Shown piece after piece: positions 1 to 14,156 of a DNA stretch of 64,000 nt (the stretch's first letter is position 1; each line of letters begins with the position of its first letter). Source of the stretch: Paragordius varius. Taxonomy: Eukaryota; Animalia; Nematomorpha. Location: positions 1 through 64,000 of the forward strand of contig OZ176059.1 in the NCBI GenBank assembly GCA_964247055.1, read 5' to 3'. The notes under the pieces are model-generated. The model had not been told where the DNA came from, did no database searches, and was given only the letters and a program-made list of their open reading frames with translations. Both the position numbers and the translations under genes were made by a program.

Positions 1-3000
1 CCTAACCCTAACCCTAACCCTAACCCTAACCCTAACCCTAACCCTAACCCTAACCCTAACCCTAACCCTAACCCGTGTTAAACGTTAACTTTAACGGTAC
101 TTTAACTGTAACGTACTTAACTTGAGTAACGTTATTTAACTTGAACTGTAACTTTAACTTTAACTTTAACTTTTAACTTTAACTTTAACTTTAACTTTAA
201 CGTTAACTTACCTTGGTATAAACCCCTACCCCACCCACCCCACCCCCACCCCCTCCCCCTCCCCTCCCCTCACCCCTCCCCCAACCCCTACCCCACCCCA
301 CCCTAACCCTAACCCTAACCCTAACCCTAACCCTAACCCTAACCCTAACCCTAACCCTAACCCTAACCCTAACCCTAACCCTAACCCTAACCCTAACCCT
401 AACCCTAACCCTAACCCTAACCCTAACCCTAACCCTAACCCTAACCCTAACCCTAACCCTAACCCTAACCCTAACCCTAACCCTAACCCTAACCCTAACC
501 CTAACCCTAACCCTAACCCTAACCCTAACCCTAACCCTAACCCTAACCCTAACCCTAACCCTAACCCTAACCCTAACCCTAACCCTAACCCTAACCCTAA
601 CCCTAACCCTAACCCTAACCCTAACCCTAACCCTAACCCTAACCCTAACCCTAACCCTAACCCTAACCCTAACCCTAACCCTAACCCTAACCCTAACCCT
701 AACCCTAACCCTAACCCTAACCCTAACCCTAACCCTAACCCTAACCCTAACCCTAACCCTAACCCTAACCCTAACCCTAACCCTAACCCTAACCCTAACC
801 CTAACCCTAACCCTAACCCTAACCCTAACCCTAACCCTAACCCTAACCCTAACCCTAACCCTAACCCTAACCCTAACCCTAACCCTAACCCTAACCCTAA
901 CCCTAACCCTAACCCTAACCCTAACCCTAACCCTAACCCTAACCCTAACCCTAACCCTAACCCTAACCCTAACCCTAACCCTAACCCTAACCCTAACCCT
1001 AACCCTAACCCTAACCCTAACCCTAACCCTAACCCTAACCCTAACCCTAACCCTAACCCTAACCCTAACCCTAACCCTAACCCTAACCCTAACCCTAACC
1101 CTAACCCTAACCCTAACCCTAACCCTAACCCTAACCCTAACCCTAACCCTAACCCTAACCCTAACCCTAACCCTAACCCTAACCCTAACCCTAACCCTAA
1201 CCCTAACCCTAACCCTAACCCTAACCCTAACCCTAACCCTAACCCTAACCCTAACCCTAACCCTAACCCTAACCCTAACCCTAACCCTAACCCTAACCCT
1301 AACCCTAACCCTAACCCTAACCCTAACCCTAACCCTAACCCTAACCCTAACCCTAACCCTAACCCTAACCCTAACCCTAACCCTAACCCTAACCCTAACC
1401 CTAACCCTAACCCTAACCCTAACCCTAACCCTAACCCTAACCCTAACCCTAACCCTAACCCTAACCCTAACCCTAACCCTAACCCTAACCCTAACCCTAA
1501 CCCTAACCCTAACCCTAACCCTAACCCTAACCCTAACCCTAACCCTAACCCTAACCCTAACCCTAACCCTAACCCTAACCCTAACCCTAACCCTAACCCT
1601 AACCCTAACCCTAACCCTAACCCTAACCCTAACCCTAACCCTAACCCTAACCCTAACCCTAACCCTAACCCTAACCCTAACCCTAACCCTAACCCTAACC
1701 CTAACCCTAACCCTAACCCTAACCCTAACCCTAACCCTAACCCTAACCCTAACCCTAACCCTAACCCTAACCCTAACCCTAACCCTAACCCTAACCCTAA
1801 CCCTAACCCTAACCCTAACCCTAACCCTAACCCTAACCCTAACCCTAACCCTAACCCTAACCCTAACCCTAACCCTAACCCTAACCCTAACCCTAACCCT
1901 AACCCTAACCCTAACCCTAACCCTAACCCTAACCCTAACCCTAACCCTAACCCTAACCCTAACCCTAACCCTAACCCTAACCCTAACCCTAACCCTAACC
2001 CTAACCCTAACCCTAACCCTAACCCTAACCCTAACCCTAACCCTAACCCTAACCCTAACCCTAACCCTAACCCTAACCCTAACCCTAACCCTAACCCTAA
2101 CCCTAACCCTAACCCTAACCCTAACCCTAACCCTAACCCTAACCCTAACCCTAACCCTAACCCTAACCCTAACCCTAACCCTAACCCTAACCCTAACCCT
2201 AACCCTAACCCTAACCCTAACCCTAACCCTAACCCTAACCCTAACCCTAACCCTAACCCTAACCCTAACCCTAACCCTAACCCTAACCCTAACCCTAACC
2301 CTAACCCTAACCCTAACCCTAACCCTAACCCTAACCCTAACCCTAACCCTAACCCTAACCCTAACCCTAACCCTAACCCTAACCCTAACCCTAACCCTAA
2401 CCCTAACCCTAACCCTAACCCTAACCCTAACCCTAACCCTAACCCTAACCCTAACCCTAACCCTAACCCTAACCCTAACCCTAACCCTAACCCTAACCCT
2501 AACCCTAACCCTAACCCTAACCCTAACCCTAACCCTAACCCTAACCCTAACCCTAACCCTAACCCTAACCCTAACCCTAACCCTAACCCTAACCCTAACC
2601 CTAACCCTAACCCTAACCCTAACCCTAACCCTAACCCTAACCCTAACCCTAACCCTAACCCTAACCCTAACCCTAACCCTAACCCTAACCCTAACCCTAA
2701 CCCTAACCCTAACCCTAACCCTAACCCTAACCCTAACCCTAACCCTAACCCTAACCCTAACCCTAACCCTAACCCTAACCCTAACCCTAACCCTAACCCT
2801 AACCCTAACCCTAACCCTAACCCTAACCCTAACCCTAACCCTAACCCTAACCCTAACCCTAACCCTAACCCTAACCCTAACCCTAACCCTAACCCTAACC
2901 CTAACCCTAACCCTAACCCTAACCCTAACCCTAACCCTAACCCTAACCCTAACCCTAACCCTAACCCTAACCCTAACCCTAACCCTAACCCTAACCCTAA

Positions 3001-3030
3001 CCCTAACCCTAACCCTAACCCTAACCCTAA
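1..3030. repeat. Telomeric repeat array (CCCTAA)n / (TTAGGG)n, chromosome end
   Basis: Perfect CCCTAA hexamers at 1-74 and about 301-3030, C-rich strand on + as expected for a left chromosome end; ends abruptly at ...CCCTAA|CAATTCG. Confidence 0.97.
75..300. repeat. Degenerate block within distal telomere (CTTTAA-type, then CCCACC/CCCTCC variants)
   Basis: Runs of actttaactttaac at about 140-210 and C-rich hexamer variants at 226-300, between perfect arrays. Confidence 0.7.
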
Positions 3031-3260
3031 CAATTCGTTTATAAAAATAATTTCTCCATATTTTTTTTAATTGTAACCAATACTATTTTAACATTAATGA
3101 TATTTGTAGAAAACTATAATAAAAAATAGTTTCAAGCGCCGGCCTTTGAAATAAAGATAAGGTTTCTATCTTGAATCCCTTAACATTTAAAATAAAAGTA
3201 AGTTTTTTTTTAATACAATTGGAGGAAACTCAATTCCATACATAGTCGATAAAGGCAAGA

Positions 3261-3524
3261 TACAGTTAACAGTAAAATCATACGGACAAAATGTAAAAAT
3301 ATAGATATAGACAATTTTTTTTTTCTTAAAAACAACATACATTTAAAACCCTATAATTATTTTAGTTAAACCTCATTGTTTTGGACTGTAAAGTATGAAT
3401 TAAAGATGAAATTGGTAAAACAACCATTTATTCTTTACAATTAATTTTAGAAAGTATGGTTTTCGTTTGAAAAAATAATGTTGTATTTTTACGGTTTGTC
3501 CGTATACTTTCAATTTTTACTGTA
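3261..3524. mobile_element. Palindromic MITE, Tc1/mariner-like (family M)
   Basis: Left ACAGTAAAA..TACGGACAAAATGTAAAA; right TTTTACGGTTTGTCCGTATA..CAATTTTTACTG|TA. Confidence 0.7.
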
Positions 3525-6500
3525 GTTATTGAGCTAAGGAATAGAATTGTACAATATAATTGGTAATTATCTTCTTCTCTTCTTTATTAATAGACTATAT
3601 AAACGTATAAAGTAATATTAAACTAATTTAATAGATGTTCAACAACGGAAACAAAGACAATGATATGCCTGATTTGTACGATAAAAATTAACATTAATCA
3701 GATAATGAGAGTTTTCTTACAGAAAAGATATTAATTAACAGGGATAGGGACCTTGGCAAGCGGACAAAGCATTTAACCCTTTACTGCGGCTCACAAAAAG
3801 CATGTAAGAGATGCCAAAAGCTATTTAATATAATTCATGAATAGCTTTTGTTTTCAAAAAATTAGTTGCGTGTGCTCTAGTTTTTCCATTTTGAGATAAT
3901 TATATTTTAATAGATATTATTTTAGTTATATATTCAGCTTTGCGCTGTTCGCTGTAATTGGCAGCATTTAGGGTATTTAAAGAAATAAAAAGTCCCCTTG
4001 CTTTGAGGCGTGTAAATGCGTTGGAAGGCCGTAAGGGTTGTACTATGTTTACAGTGGCGGTAATAAATACTGCCACACTCTTTTCAGCTGTAAGATAATT
4101 TGTAACTTATAATTGAACGCTTTTCATTTAATATGCCACCAAATAAAGATAATGTATAAAACTCATTCAAAATTTTAATACTAAATCACAAAAAAGCTTT
4201 TATAATTCTCTGCTTTATAATAAGATTAAGGATTTTTTTATATTCCTTTAAACTGACCAATAATTTGCAAAACAAAAATTTAAAATAAATAAATGGCAAT
4301 CAATAAATAAGGAAAGTTTTGTAAGAATTTGTGTGGAATTACAATACTGGAGTCCTATTATTTTGGATGAAATTGGTTAAGTATAATAGATATTTCCGTT
4401 TCCTCTATTTATTGAAATAAGAATGACCATCAATAAGACCGCGTCACAGTGCAGTGTGACAAGGCCAGCTACTTTATACATAAATAATATGTATATTATT
4501 TAACCTATATAGGAGTTTTCCGTTTGTTATATATTTCCAATATATTTTTTGGCAATAGATACTTTTATAAAATTTGGAAAGTAGAGATCTAACCCATTTC
4601 TACTTAAAATTAATATTTTAAAATTAATTTATAGAAGATAAAACTACAATAGAGGGAGGTTGACAATTACTATTCTATAAATTAGTTTTAATAAGACCTT
4701 TAAATTCATTTGCCCAAAAATATTTGTAAGGATTACAAATTATCTAAGTGAGCGGGCGCTTATTTATAAAATTTTAATAATTTTTTTGCATTCGCGTATT
4801 ACAAAAGTTCAAAATAAAATTCTTTTATTCACAAGCATTTTCTGCTTTCTTCCAAGTTGTGTTAGCGGAGAGTGTCAATAAATAAATAAGATAATGCGAA
4901 TTTGTAAGGTATCAAGCAATTAAAGCAAAAGTAAAAATATTTATTTTAATGATATGTAAGAACTAAAAAAGCACCATTAAAACGTCATATTTTATGTATC
5001 AAAATTCATAAATTATATCAAAATAACTTTTGTAAATCGTGTTAACCACTAAACTATTATTAAATTAGAGAATTGTGGTTCCTTATTTATTTAAATGCCA
5101 TATTTATCATTTAATATTGGCTCATTTCTGAAATCAAATTTTAGCGAATGATTTTTACCTACCTTAAATCACTTCTTTTTTTCCGATGTCCAAGGATACC
5201 ATGGATTTCCAATGACCTTTTTCCATTCATGGCTAGATTAGTTACCTAAACTATTGCAAAGTTTGAGTTCCATTGACCCAACGATTGATCTTAATCGTTG
5301 ATTCATCCCTTCAAAAAATGAAATTTTTACCCTGTTCGTATGATTGCTATTCAAAAAACTGCCCAAATATCTCTTTAAGATTAAATACCCAAAATAGCTA
5401 GATAATAATACCCGACGTACAATCTGGCTTTTAACACTACGTATCCTTTAATGAATTTTCTACTATTATCCACAGATAAGATAATTTCGGTAGAAAGCAG
5501 TTTTCACACACATAATACATTGGCTACAATCGCTGTATGCTAACAAACAGCTCTTATCAAAACATAATAGGCTAATGTGACCAGATAGGCTGTTTTTCGC
5601 AGTACAGTACTGGATTTTCAGAAAAAACTGCGACTGTACTGCGCCCACTTTTGTACTGCTTTTTAAAATTAAAAAAAAGTAATTATTTATGATTATATAA
5701 CCTTTTAATTCAAAAAAATTATTTTAGAATTTGATATAGTAACCTCTGTAAAAATAACCCCATAATTTGTAAAGTAATGGTTATTTTGCGGTAAAAAATT
5801 AAGATTGGTCTATTTTTAATTGGTTAATATTTTATTTTCTACTCGAATTATACATAAAATTGGGTTTTTGATCACTTATGATTGCAGCCTTTCGCGCAGT
5901 GGCGAAACTTTAAATTTCGGACTCCACCGTGAGATTCGGGCCAATTGCTCCTTCACTCAGGGCTTCCGCAAAAAGAGGTGCTTTAATTTAAAATTAATAA
6001 TATGATATCTTAATTTAGAACATATTTTTTTATAATTATCAAACGGATAATTATTAGAAAAATGTTATTCTCGTAACATATTGTATAAAATTTGTTATAT
6101 AAGCATATAATTTAGAAATAACCTTTTTTTCGTATTACGTTTTAACTCATTAGTTAAGAAATATGATATTTCTTATTTTTTTCCTAAACTTTATTCTTAT
6201 TAGTTTTCTTATTTTTTTGCCTAAACAAATTTGAGATATTTTGTTGAAGCGTACTTCTAACGATTTTGAAGCATGATGGAAACGGTATAACGCTTTAAGA
6301 TTTAATGAAACCCTTTTTCTAAATAATTCGATGATGTTAATCATTCAAAATTTTAGTTTGTTTATTTTCTTAATTTTGGTGAATTTTTGTAAAAAACATT
6401 TTTTTATTGAACATTGAAAACAAACGAATATTTTACAAAATTTTGAGTGAGAAAAATGTTTAACATTATCAAATCATTTATATAAAGTGTTATAAATCAA

Positions 6501-6982
6501 CCGTTTATATCATTTCCATCATGCTCAAAATAATATGAAGTATGCTTTAACAAAAATTTGCTAAAATTTTTTTTAAATATGCATATTTTAAAAAATATAT
6601 TTCGTTGATATCAAAATTTAGAATATATTTAAAATTATATCCCGATGTCGGAATTTTCGCGTTTATTTTAAGAGAACACTCCATTATAAAAGAACCAAAA
6701 AATTTGGGATTTTCAGAGCTCACATCTAAAAATTTAAAATATTTAAAGATATTGTTTTGTTTTTATATGTAGTTTATGTTATATTTTAGTGATATTTTTT
6801 AAAATAAAGCATTCAGCTTTCACCAAAAAATATGAAAAAATTGCGCACCTTTTGTAATTTTATACGGAGTACCCACAACAAAATAGTAAATAACTTTCTT
6901 AAATAAAGGTTAAAACCAAAAGAAACATGATAATCCTGATATTTTCCTATCAAAATATGTATACTTCATCAGGATATTTTTT

Positions 6983-7183
6983 GTGGAAACTGTGTATTAT
7001 AACACATCAATGGTGTTAAAAACAGGCATAGTATGTTTTAAATTTTGTACTGCGTCAAAGTTCAAAATATCTGGTCACATTATAATAGGCCGTCTCATTT
7101 CTAACAGAGGTGCGAGACAAGGATGTTCTTTTTATGCACCTTTTCTCAACCTGTATACTGAAAAATTTCGTACCTGTGTTTGA
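6983..7183 (+). pseudogene. LINE reverse transcriptase remnant (RTE-like)
   Basis: RGARQGCSFYAPFLNLYTE resembles the RT motif RGVRQGCxLSPxLFNLY; no intact flanking ORF. Confidence 0.5.
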
Positions 7184-8699
7184 AAACATAGAAGTGAATA
7201 TCTGATGTCTAATTGCTACGAATCTCCGACACGCTTACCAAACCGTTCTGTTAGAACAAATGCTTGCTGACAGGATTAAATAAACACATAAGCGAACAAA
7301 TTTTATCCTAAAGTTATATAATATTTATGCTGTTTTTTTGACCGCAGCTCGCATCGGCAACGATAACCCTTTTATGTTATCGGAAAAAAGGAGAATTTGA
7401 ATTCATCGATAAATAACGATTCATTTTAAACGCGGTTCTTATAGAGGATCTTGGGCCACATCTTTGATTCATTTATTCGTAACTTTATCAAATCAATTCT
7501 TGCTTTACGAATTGATAATCTAGAGGCTATGAAATATCTTCATCTCACTGAACTGAATCGCTCCAAAAGAACATTATTCTTGGCTTGATGGTTCCATACT
7601 CAAAACAATAATTCACACTCGCTAATCTTCAAGAAAGCTAAGAGTCGCTAGTCAAACAGCTTCTACACATATTTAGTGTACCTGAGTTCAAACCTTTTAT
7701 AATCTAGAAAGAGCTTTTCAATACAACTCAAGTCGTACCAAAATAATGGACAATAAACGATTTATATAATTTTGTATTTCAATTTTTAACCATAAAAGGC
7801 ACTAAAAATGAATATATTTAAATATTTATTGACACCATTTTATATAATCTATATACACAATATAAAATCTTAAATGTTAAAAATTAATGTTGTTTTCTTC
7901 ATCGTCTTTTACCAAGTCATATTTCTTTATTGTCTTCATCTAATATGAAAATTTAATTAAATACCTCAATTTGGAAGAATTTAGAAAGCAAAATTAAATT
8001 ATATTTAAATTATTTCATAAAAAAAATTGTCAGTTAAAAACGTGTATACTAAATCATCGAAAAAAATAAAATATGATGGTATATTCGAAATAAACCGATT
8101 GAAAATCTAAAACTTATATAACTTTCTTAATTTAAAATCGTTGTGAAATATATTTTGCTGATTTAAAATTACCAATAGCCTCCATGTCTTCAAATATATA
8201 TATGTATAATATTGAATAAATTTGCAGTCAAAAATTTAGTTTCTGTTAATACTGTTTTTGGCAAGATAACTTACCAGCCCCAAAAAATAACGGGGTTACC
8301 TTACATTTTATATAGAAATAAGTCTTAAATTTTTTGCCATCTTTACATTTAGTTCAGTAATTTATTTTAAATTAATTATTATTCAATCGAATAAAACTAA
8401 GATACGAACTATTTTTTTAATTTTGAACGAAGCATTAGTTGATAGCGAAAACTGATCAAAGGTTAGTTGGGATTTCATTATAACACTAGCTTAAGTACCA
8501 ACTTTAACAAATGGGTTATCAAAGTGGAACGGCGTGCTTAGGTCAATGAATAGTAATACATGAATATTATCTATAATAATTAGTACATAAAAGGCAGCAG
8601 ATTTTTTAAAGTAAAAATCTGCAAACATCAAACCGATGTAAAAAGAGATATTAAATAAATTTGGCTGTATAAATTGTAAACTTTAGTGTTTTATGCGAT

Positions 8700-9800
8700 A
8701 AAATTATTTATTTAATGAGAGACAAAATAATTAAGTCATAGACATAGGCATTTAATCGGCGTCATTTTTACAAAAATTGGTTGAACGAAAAGGAAAGTAA
8801 AGGATAGATATTCAACGGATGTTAAATCGATAGAATAGAGATTAGACTGTTAGTTTTGGTCGAAAAGAGAGATTCTCACTCTTTTGCCAAAATGACAAGA
8901 AGACCAATAAGGAGATGACTTCATCAAAGAGATAAATCATACAAAGGTTAATGCTGATGACACCGGCAGAGTTGTATACCAGGTTATGGATACGAAAATA
9001 ATGTAAAAAAATAAGTTCAAAATTAACATAAAATAAATTTTCGATAATCTTACATTCTTCAGCGTTTGTTGCGTCTATTATTATAAAAATAACATCAATA
9101 TATTTATTAATTATGTGGAACTAGAATTTAAATTATACCATTAATGTCTTCAGATATTTCTGCCATGGATAATGAAAAATAATATAAATATATATCTTAC
9201 CCACTATATTTTGATCGTTGGCTAAAATATAATAATTAATAATTACCTAGAGTGGCGGATGTACTGTCTAGGGTAAAATTTTATACAATAAAGCTTAAAA
9301 ATTCAGTTTATTCCATTACGCTTTGTCTAAAAAACGTACCACTAAGTCGTTGTTCAAGAACTAATACAAAAAAATCAAATTATGATAATAAGTTAATTGT
9401 TTTATTGCAAATGTATTTCAATTTATTTTAATTAATTTAAAATACGCTATATTGCAAAAATACCTTGAAAACCGTCCTCAACGCCTGTTGGTAATATTTT
9501 ATATTCTACATATTAATTACCTTCTAGAAGTTGATGCAAATCTAGTTAAAAAAATAATTTAAAATATCTGTGTGTAAATCAATGCCCCAAAACTCAGCAC
9601 TCTGCATAATAAAAAATTCTTCTTTTTAATACCTTTCTTACTATATTATGCATCCTAAAATTTATCATCTCTCATATTTTCCGAGTAATTCCTGGGTATT
9701 CAACAGCCTTTCTCTTCGCCGCTGCTTGAAAGTTTATTTCTTGTTTTAAATCGCGCATGTTTATTATTTACACGCATACATAATCGGCTGAAATATAACC
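8700..9800 (-). pseudogene. Possible heavily decayed MULE-type transposase
   Basis: Scattered minus-strand peptides (LKQEINFQAAAKRKAVEYP; GTF; SCHFGKRVR) loosely resemble MULE motifs; many stops. Confidence 0.2.
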
Positions 9801-10079
9801 TGAAACATAGTTCTGATTATAAGCTATACCAACACACTTTATTATATTATTTATCATTTGCTAAATATACCATCGGGTATCGCCCAATTAATTATGTATT
9901 ATCTTATTACAATTCTGTTTTATATACCGGGCACAAACTTTAACCTTATTGTGATTACCTCCCAGGCAGCATTTTAAGCCAAATGTTTTTCGTTTAAATG
10001 AATATAAAAACGAATAAGATGATTATCATACATATCCAACTTTTCACATATCTACTTAAGTGTTTCACACATTTATTAA

Positions 10080-10268
10080 TATACAGTTTAGAGTCTTTTT
10101 TCCTTTTTATTAAAGGGTAAGGACTTAAATTTGTATCCGGACATGTGAAGGCTTTAACACTCGCCTGCCCAGGGCTGACAGTGATGATGGAAAAAATGCG
10201 TAGTTTCGGGGTTCGAACTCTGGCACGCAGAGTTAGAGTCCGGCGTCCTACCTACTATACCATCACGC
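10080..10268 (-). mobile_element. tRNA-derived SINE, copy 1
   Basis: Minus strand: A-box TGGTATAGTAGG, B-box GTTCGAACC; body shared with the 19.4 kb copy; flanked by a 25-bp direct repeat CTTAAGTGTTTCA(C/T)ACATTTATTAA at 10055-10079 and 10269-10293. Confidence 0.8.
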
Positions 10269-12251
10269 CTTAAGTGTTTCATACATTTATTAAAAAAACT
10301 ATAATGAGCTTAAAGCTTTGCCTATAAAAATCAAAGATCCCTATTTTACTTTGGTGAAACGCCTGTTATACAAGAATTACCACAGAATATAAACGTCCAA
10401 TATTCTCATTCTTTTTACATATTATGAATTGACCCTGTGAAAGATCTATCAAAACCTTCAATACTTTAAACCCATTTCTTTTCCAGATGGTAATTTTAAC
10501 AACTTCGTAGCATTGAAAACCATGATCACTGTAATTCCAGTAAAAAAAGACAATATAGGCAACCATGCTTTGGAAAACACTGTTTTTTCTTGAAAGCTAT
10601 ATAATAACACTTTTAAAATATATAATTAACTTTGCAATTATATCTCTTTTCCTTTTTTAACCAAAGGACGGGTTTTATTATGAATATCAATGTTTTATAT
10701 AAACTAGCTTTTAAGTTTTTCTGGATAATTTCAATTTTCGCAATATCCCGTCATTATTTGTAGCGTTTTCCGTCTTATTTAATTTACTAATTTTAGACTC
10801 CCAAAGTATTTTATTTTCTTTACAAGTCTCCCTATTTTAACTGATCTCTTCTTTAAAACGTACTATATTGTAGTATCAATTTCCCATGGTTTTTTATATT
10901 GTTTTCCGCTTTTTATACCACAAAACTTGTTTATTCTTTAAAACTGATTCTAATTTGCGACCATCATTTATGCTCTAAACGCTGTACCCGTAAAACGCCT
11001 TCTTTTTGACACCTAATTTATTTTTTTGATTGACTTATGACAGCTAATTGATTTTCTCTATATTATGCCGTAAAATCATATCCGGACAAATTATATAATA
11101 AATTTATTTTTGTATAGGGACTTTCCGATTTTTCTGCACAAAATATTGTTTCTTACTAAAACAAAGTCATTCGTTTCTAGATATCCATACATCTAACTAC
11201 TAAATTTTTATAAATCAACAATTTCAGAGCCTGGCTGGCCCGATTTAATGTTATATCTCAACAAAGATTTTCCTAATTTATTGCAAGCATGTGGTTTCGG
11301 ACAAATATAGGATAATTTTAATGTAACTAAGTGGATAACAATCTCAAAAATAATTCCTATCAAATTATATCGTTTAATTTAAGATATTATCAGGAAATTA
11401 ATTTTTTAAAATAATTCGTATTTGCCACAAAATTTGGCATTAAATATATATTACTTGTTATTTGATCTCTTAAAGCTACCATGCAAAAATTATTAATAAT
11501 GAATAAAGTAAAAATAAATACAACAGACAAAACGTAAATGGGCAAACATTTTTTGAAAAGACAACCATATATTTAAAACCTTGTTTTTTCGTATAACTCG
11601 TCGTTGGGTCCAAAACAAAATATAGAGTGATTGGTAACAAATAACTCAATTGCTATTTATATTTGTTATCCTAAATGTATTGAAAAATCAAGGTTTAAAT
11701 ATGTGTGTTTTTTAAAAAACTTGTCTTTTAGTTTTAAGACCCTTTATAATAGTTGTTGTATGTTCATTAATATAATTACTTTGTATGAAATCTAATTATA
11801 TTGATTATCAATACATGCATACTTGATTCACTCATAGCTGTATAAATTTTAAATTATTTCATTACCATGCAAATGGGTTTCAAGTCTTAGCCCAGTCATG
11901 CGTAAAACTAAAAAATAATATTTTAAACCAAATTTAAAATTATAATATTGATTAAACACAAGAGATATAAGAGAAAATTATGTGAATCAATTCGAAATAT
12001 TTAAAAACATATATGAGAAGATCATGGACTGCCATTTTTGCCATTTATATAGGCACGAGTGGCAATAATAACCCTCTATTTACTTATGAAGGAAGGAGAG
12101 ATACATGGTATTTTTGGTTTTGTAAAAAAGCCACCTACTCTTGTGCGATAATGAAGTGGATAAAAATGGTTTAATGTTTCATACAGTATTTTAAATTTTT
12201 AAATAATGACAATGCCATTTAATCGTTGTAAAAAAAGCTGGTTGAAACTTA

Positions 12252-12524
12252 CAGTAAAAATTGAAATATACGGACAAAACGTAAAAAATCTAAAATATTT
12301 TTTCTTCAAAACACAATCATACTTTTAAAACCTTAATTATTTTATAAAAATTATTTATTTCAATTGTGAAATAAATTTATTGTTTTACAATTTTACATCT
12401 TTATATCATACTTTACCGTTCAAAACAATGATATTTTAAATAATTATTTAAAATTATGGTTGTCATATGAAAAAATATTCGTCTTTATATTTTAAATTTT
12501 GTCCGTATAATTTCAATTTCACTG
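12252..12524. mobile_element. Palindromic MITE family M
   Basis: TA|CAGTAAAAATTGAAATATACGGACAAAACG ... TTTTGTCCGTATAATTTCAATTTCACTG. Confidence 0.75.
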
Positions 12525-14156
12525 AGATTTTTATTAGAAGACTAATAAATATGAAAAATTTTAGCTTTTAGAGAAATATAGTAAGCGTTAATAATATAAT
12601 GAATGGTTTTACAATTTTAGAAATATATACAAGTATAACTAAAGAGTGATATTACATACCGCTTATACATTTAGAAATTTTTTGATTAAACTTCAAATCC
12701 CTAAAAATCGTGGATTTTAACAATTTCTATTTATAAATTGTGGTTACCGGTATTTTAATTATGCGGATAGTAATCTGTTATTGTCGAATAAAGTAGAAGA
12801 ATGGAAAATCAAAAAGTTAGGGAATCAAAAATTTATTTTATCAATTATAACAGCAATCGTTAAATACAATATACTGTTATTTATTCTAGTTAATAAATAT
12901 TAAATCTAAACATTTGGATCATTGGTAAATCTTTTGGACAAATGGTGTCCAAGGTCCTACATGAGTCGGCTAGGTCGTTATATGCGACCACTTAATATTT
13001 GCAAATCCATATCTTTCATTAATGTTTTCACAAGTGTTGTGTAAGAAATAATAGTTCTCAGTCAAGTTTTTTAGGGCAATAAATCAGAAAAAATTTATTG
13101 TGTTGGCAATACAGTCTTAAGAATTTGATAAAATATTTATTAATAATTATATAAATTAATATAACCGACGAATTTTGACACCCTGATTTATGTTATCTAT
13201 TGCTGATTAAAAAAAATTATTAAATTTATCAAAATAACGATGTAGAGAGCTGTTTTATTAGAAGATCATCTGTTTTATATTTATTCTCATAAAAAGTATG
13301 CGGCCCGAGAATTAGGTTGACACCGTGATTTAGGTTATCATTATTGTTTTTCTAGTAACTTTATAAATTTTCTCTAAATTTTGAATTTTGTTGCCATATA
13401 TTCGAAATTCACGAAAAATAGCCTTTTTTGATTTTTATTATGATCACTTTACCATTTTACATGTTTTGTATTGCAAATCACTACTAAACTTAAACTAGTT
13501 AATTAATAGTTTTGTTTTTATTAATATTTATTGTATATTTTTAGTATTATTAGTTTCTATAACGCTGCAAAAATAAATTTTAATCATAAAACATTAAGGA
13601 AGCGTTTTTAAGTTGGAGTATTTAATGATTTTAGATTTTAGCCGAAGGCGCCCATTTTGTTAAAAGCTGCGACGTTAAAATACCATTTTCATCCTTCATT
13701 GACTTTTAACATATAAAAATATATTATGCATGTCCAAATTCTGTTTTTCCGGTCAAATATTGTTACGAAACAAATTGAATCAACATAAAACACATTCTAA
13801 AAATTGGTCAAATATATGTAAAAATTTAAGTTTTAAAACGAAACATTTATGCATTACATGGCTTAACGGCTGGATTTGTGCAACCGCTCAAATGTAATGA
13901 AAATAATTAAAATTTATGTTAAATCTGCTAAATAGCAAATATTATTCGTTATTATGTATAAATATTTTCCATACCTCTTCCAAGAAACCTGGTGTCTTTA
14001 GTTATAAAATTGCATTAAACATATTAAACGTTAAAATTAAAAGATAAATATTTTTTTAAAAAAGACAGTCGCACTCTTTTAAACCATGATATTTGAATAG
14101 TGCCTCTCACCAATATACATCTACATTCTATATTTTGGGAGCCAAAATTCACATGG

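Noticed and set aside
226-3033. 935-aa (LG)n ORF
   Set aside because: Translation of the telomeric hexamer; no evidence of a gene.
3776-4040. TTAA|CCCTTT piggyBac-like end
   Set aside because: The matching right end is imperfect (AAGGGTTG) and there is no coding support.
5140-7760. GC-richer patches at ~5.1-5.6 kb and ~7.3-7.8 kb that look like decayed coding sequence
   Set aside because: No consistent frame or recognisable motif.
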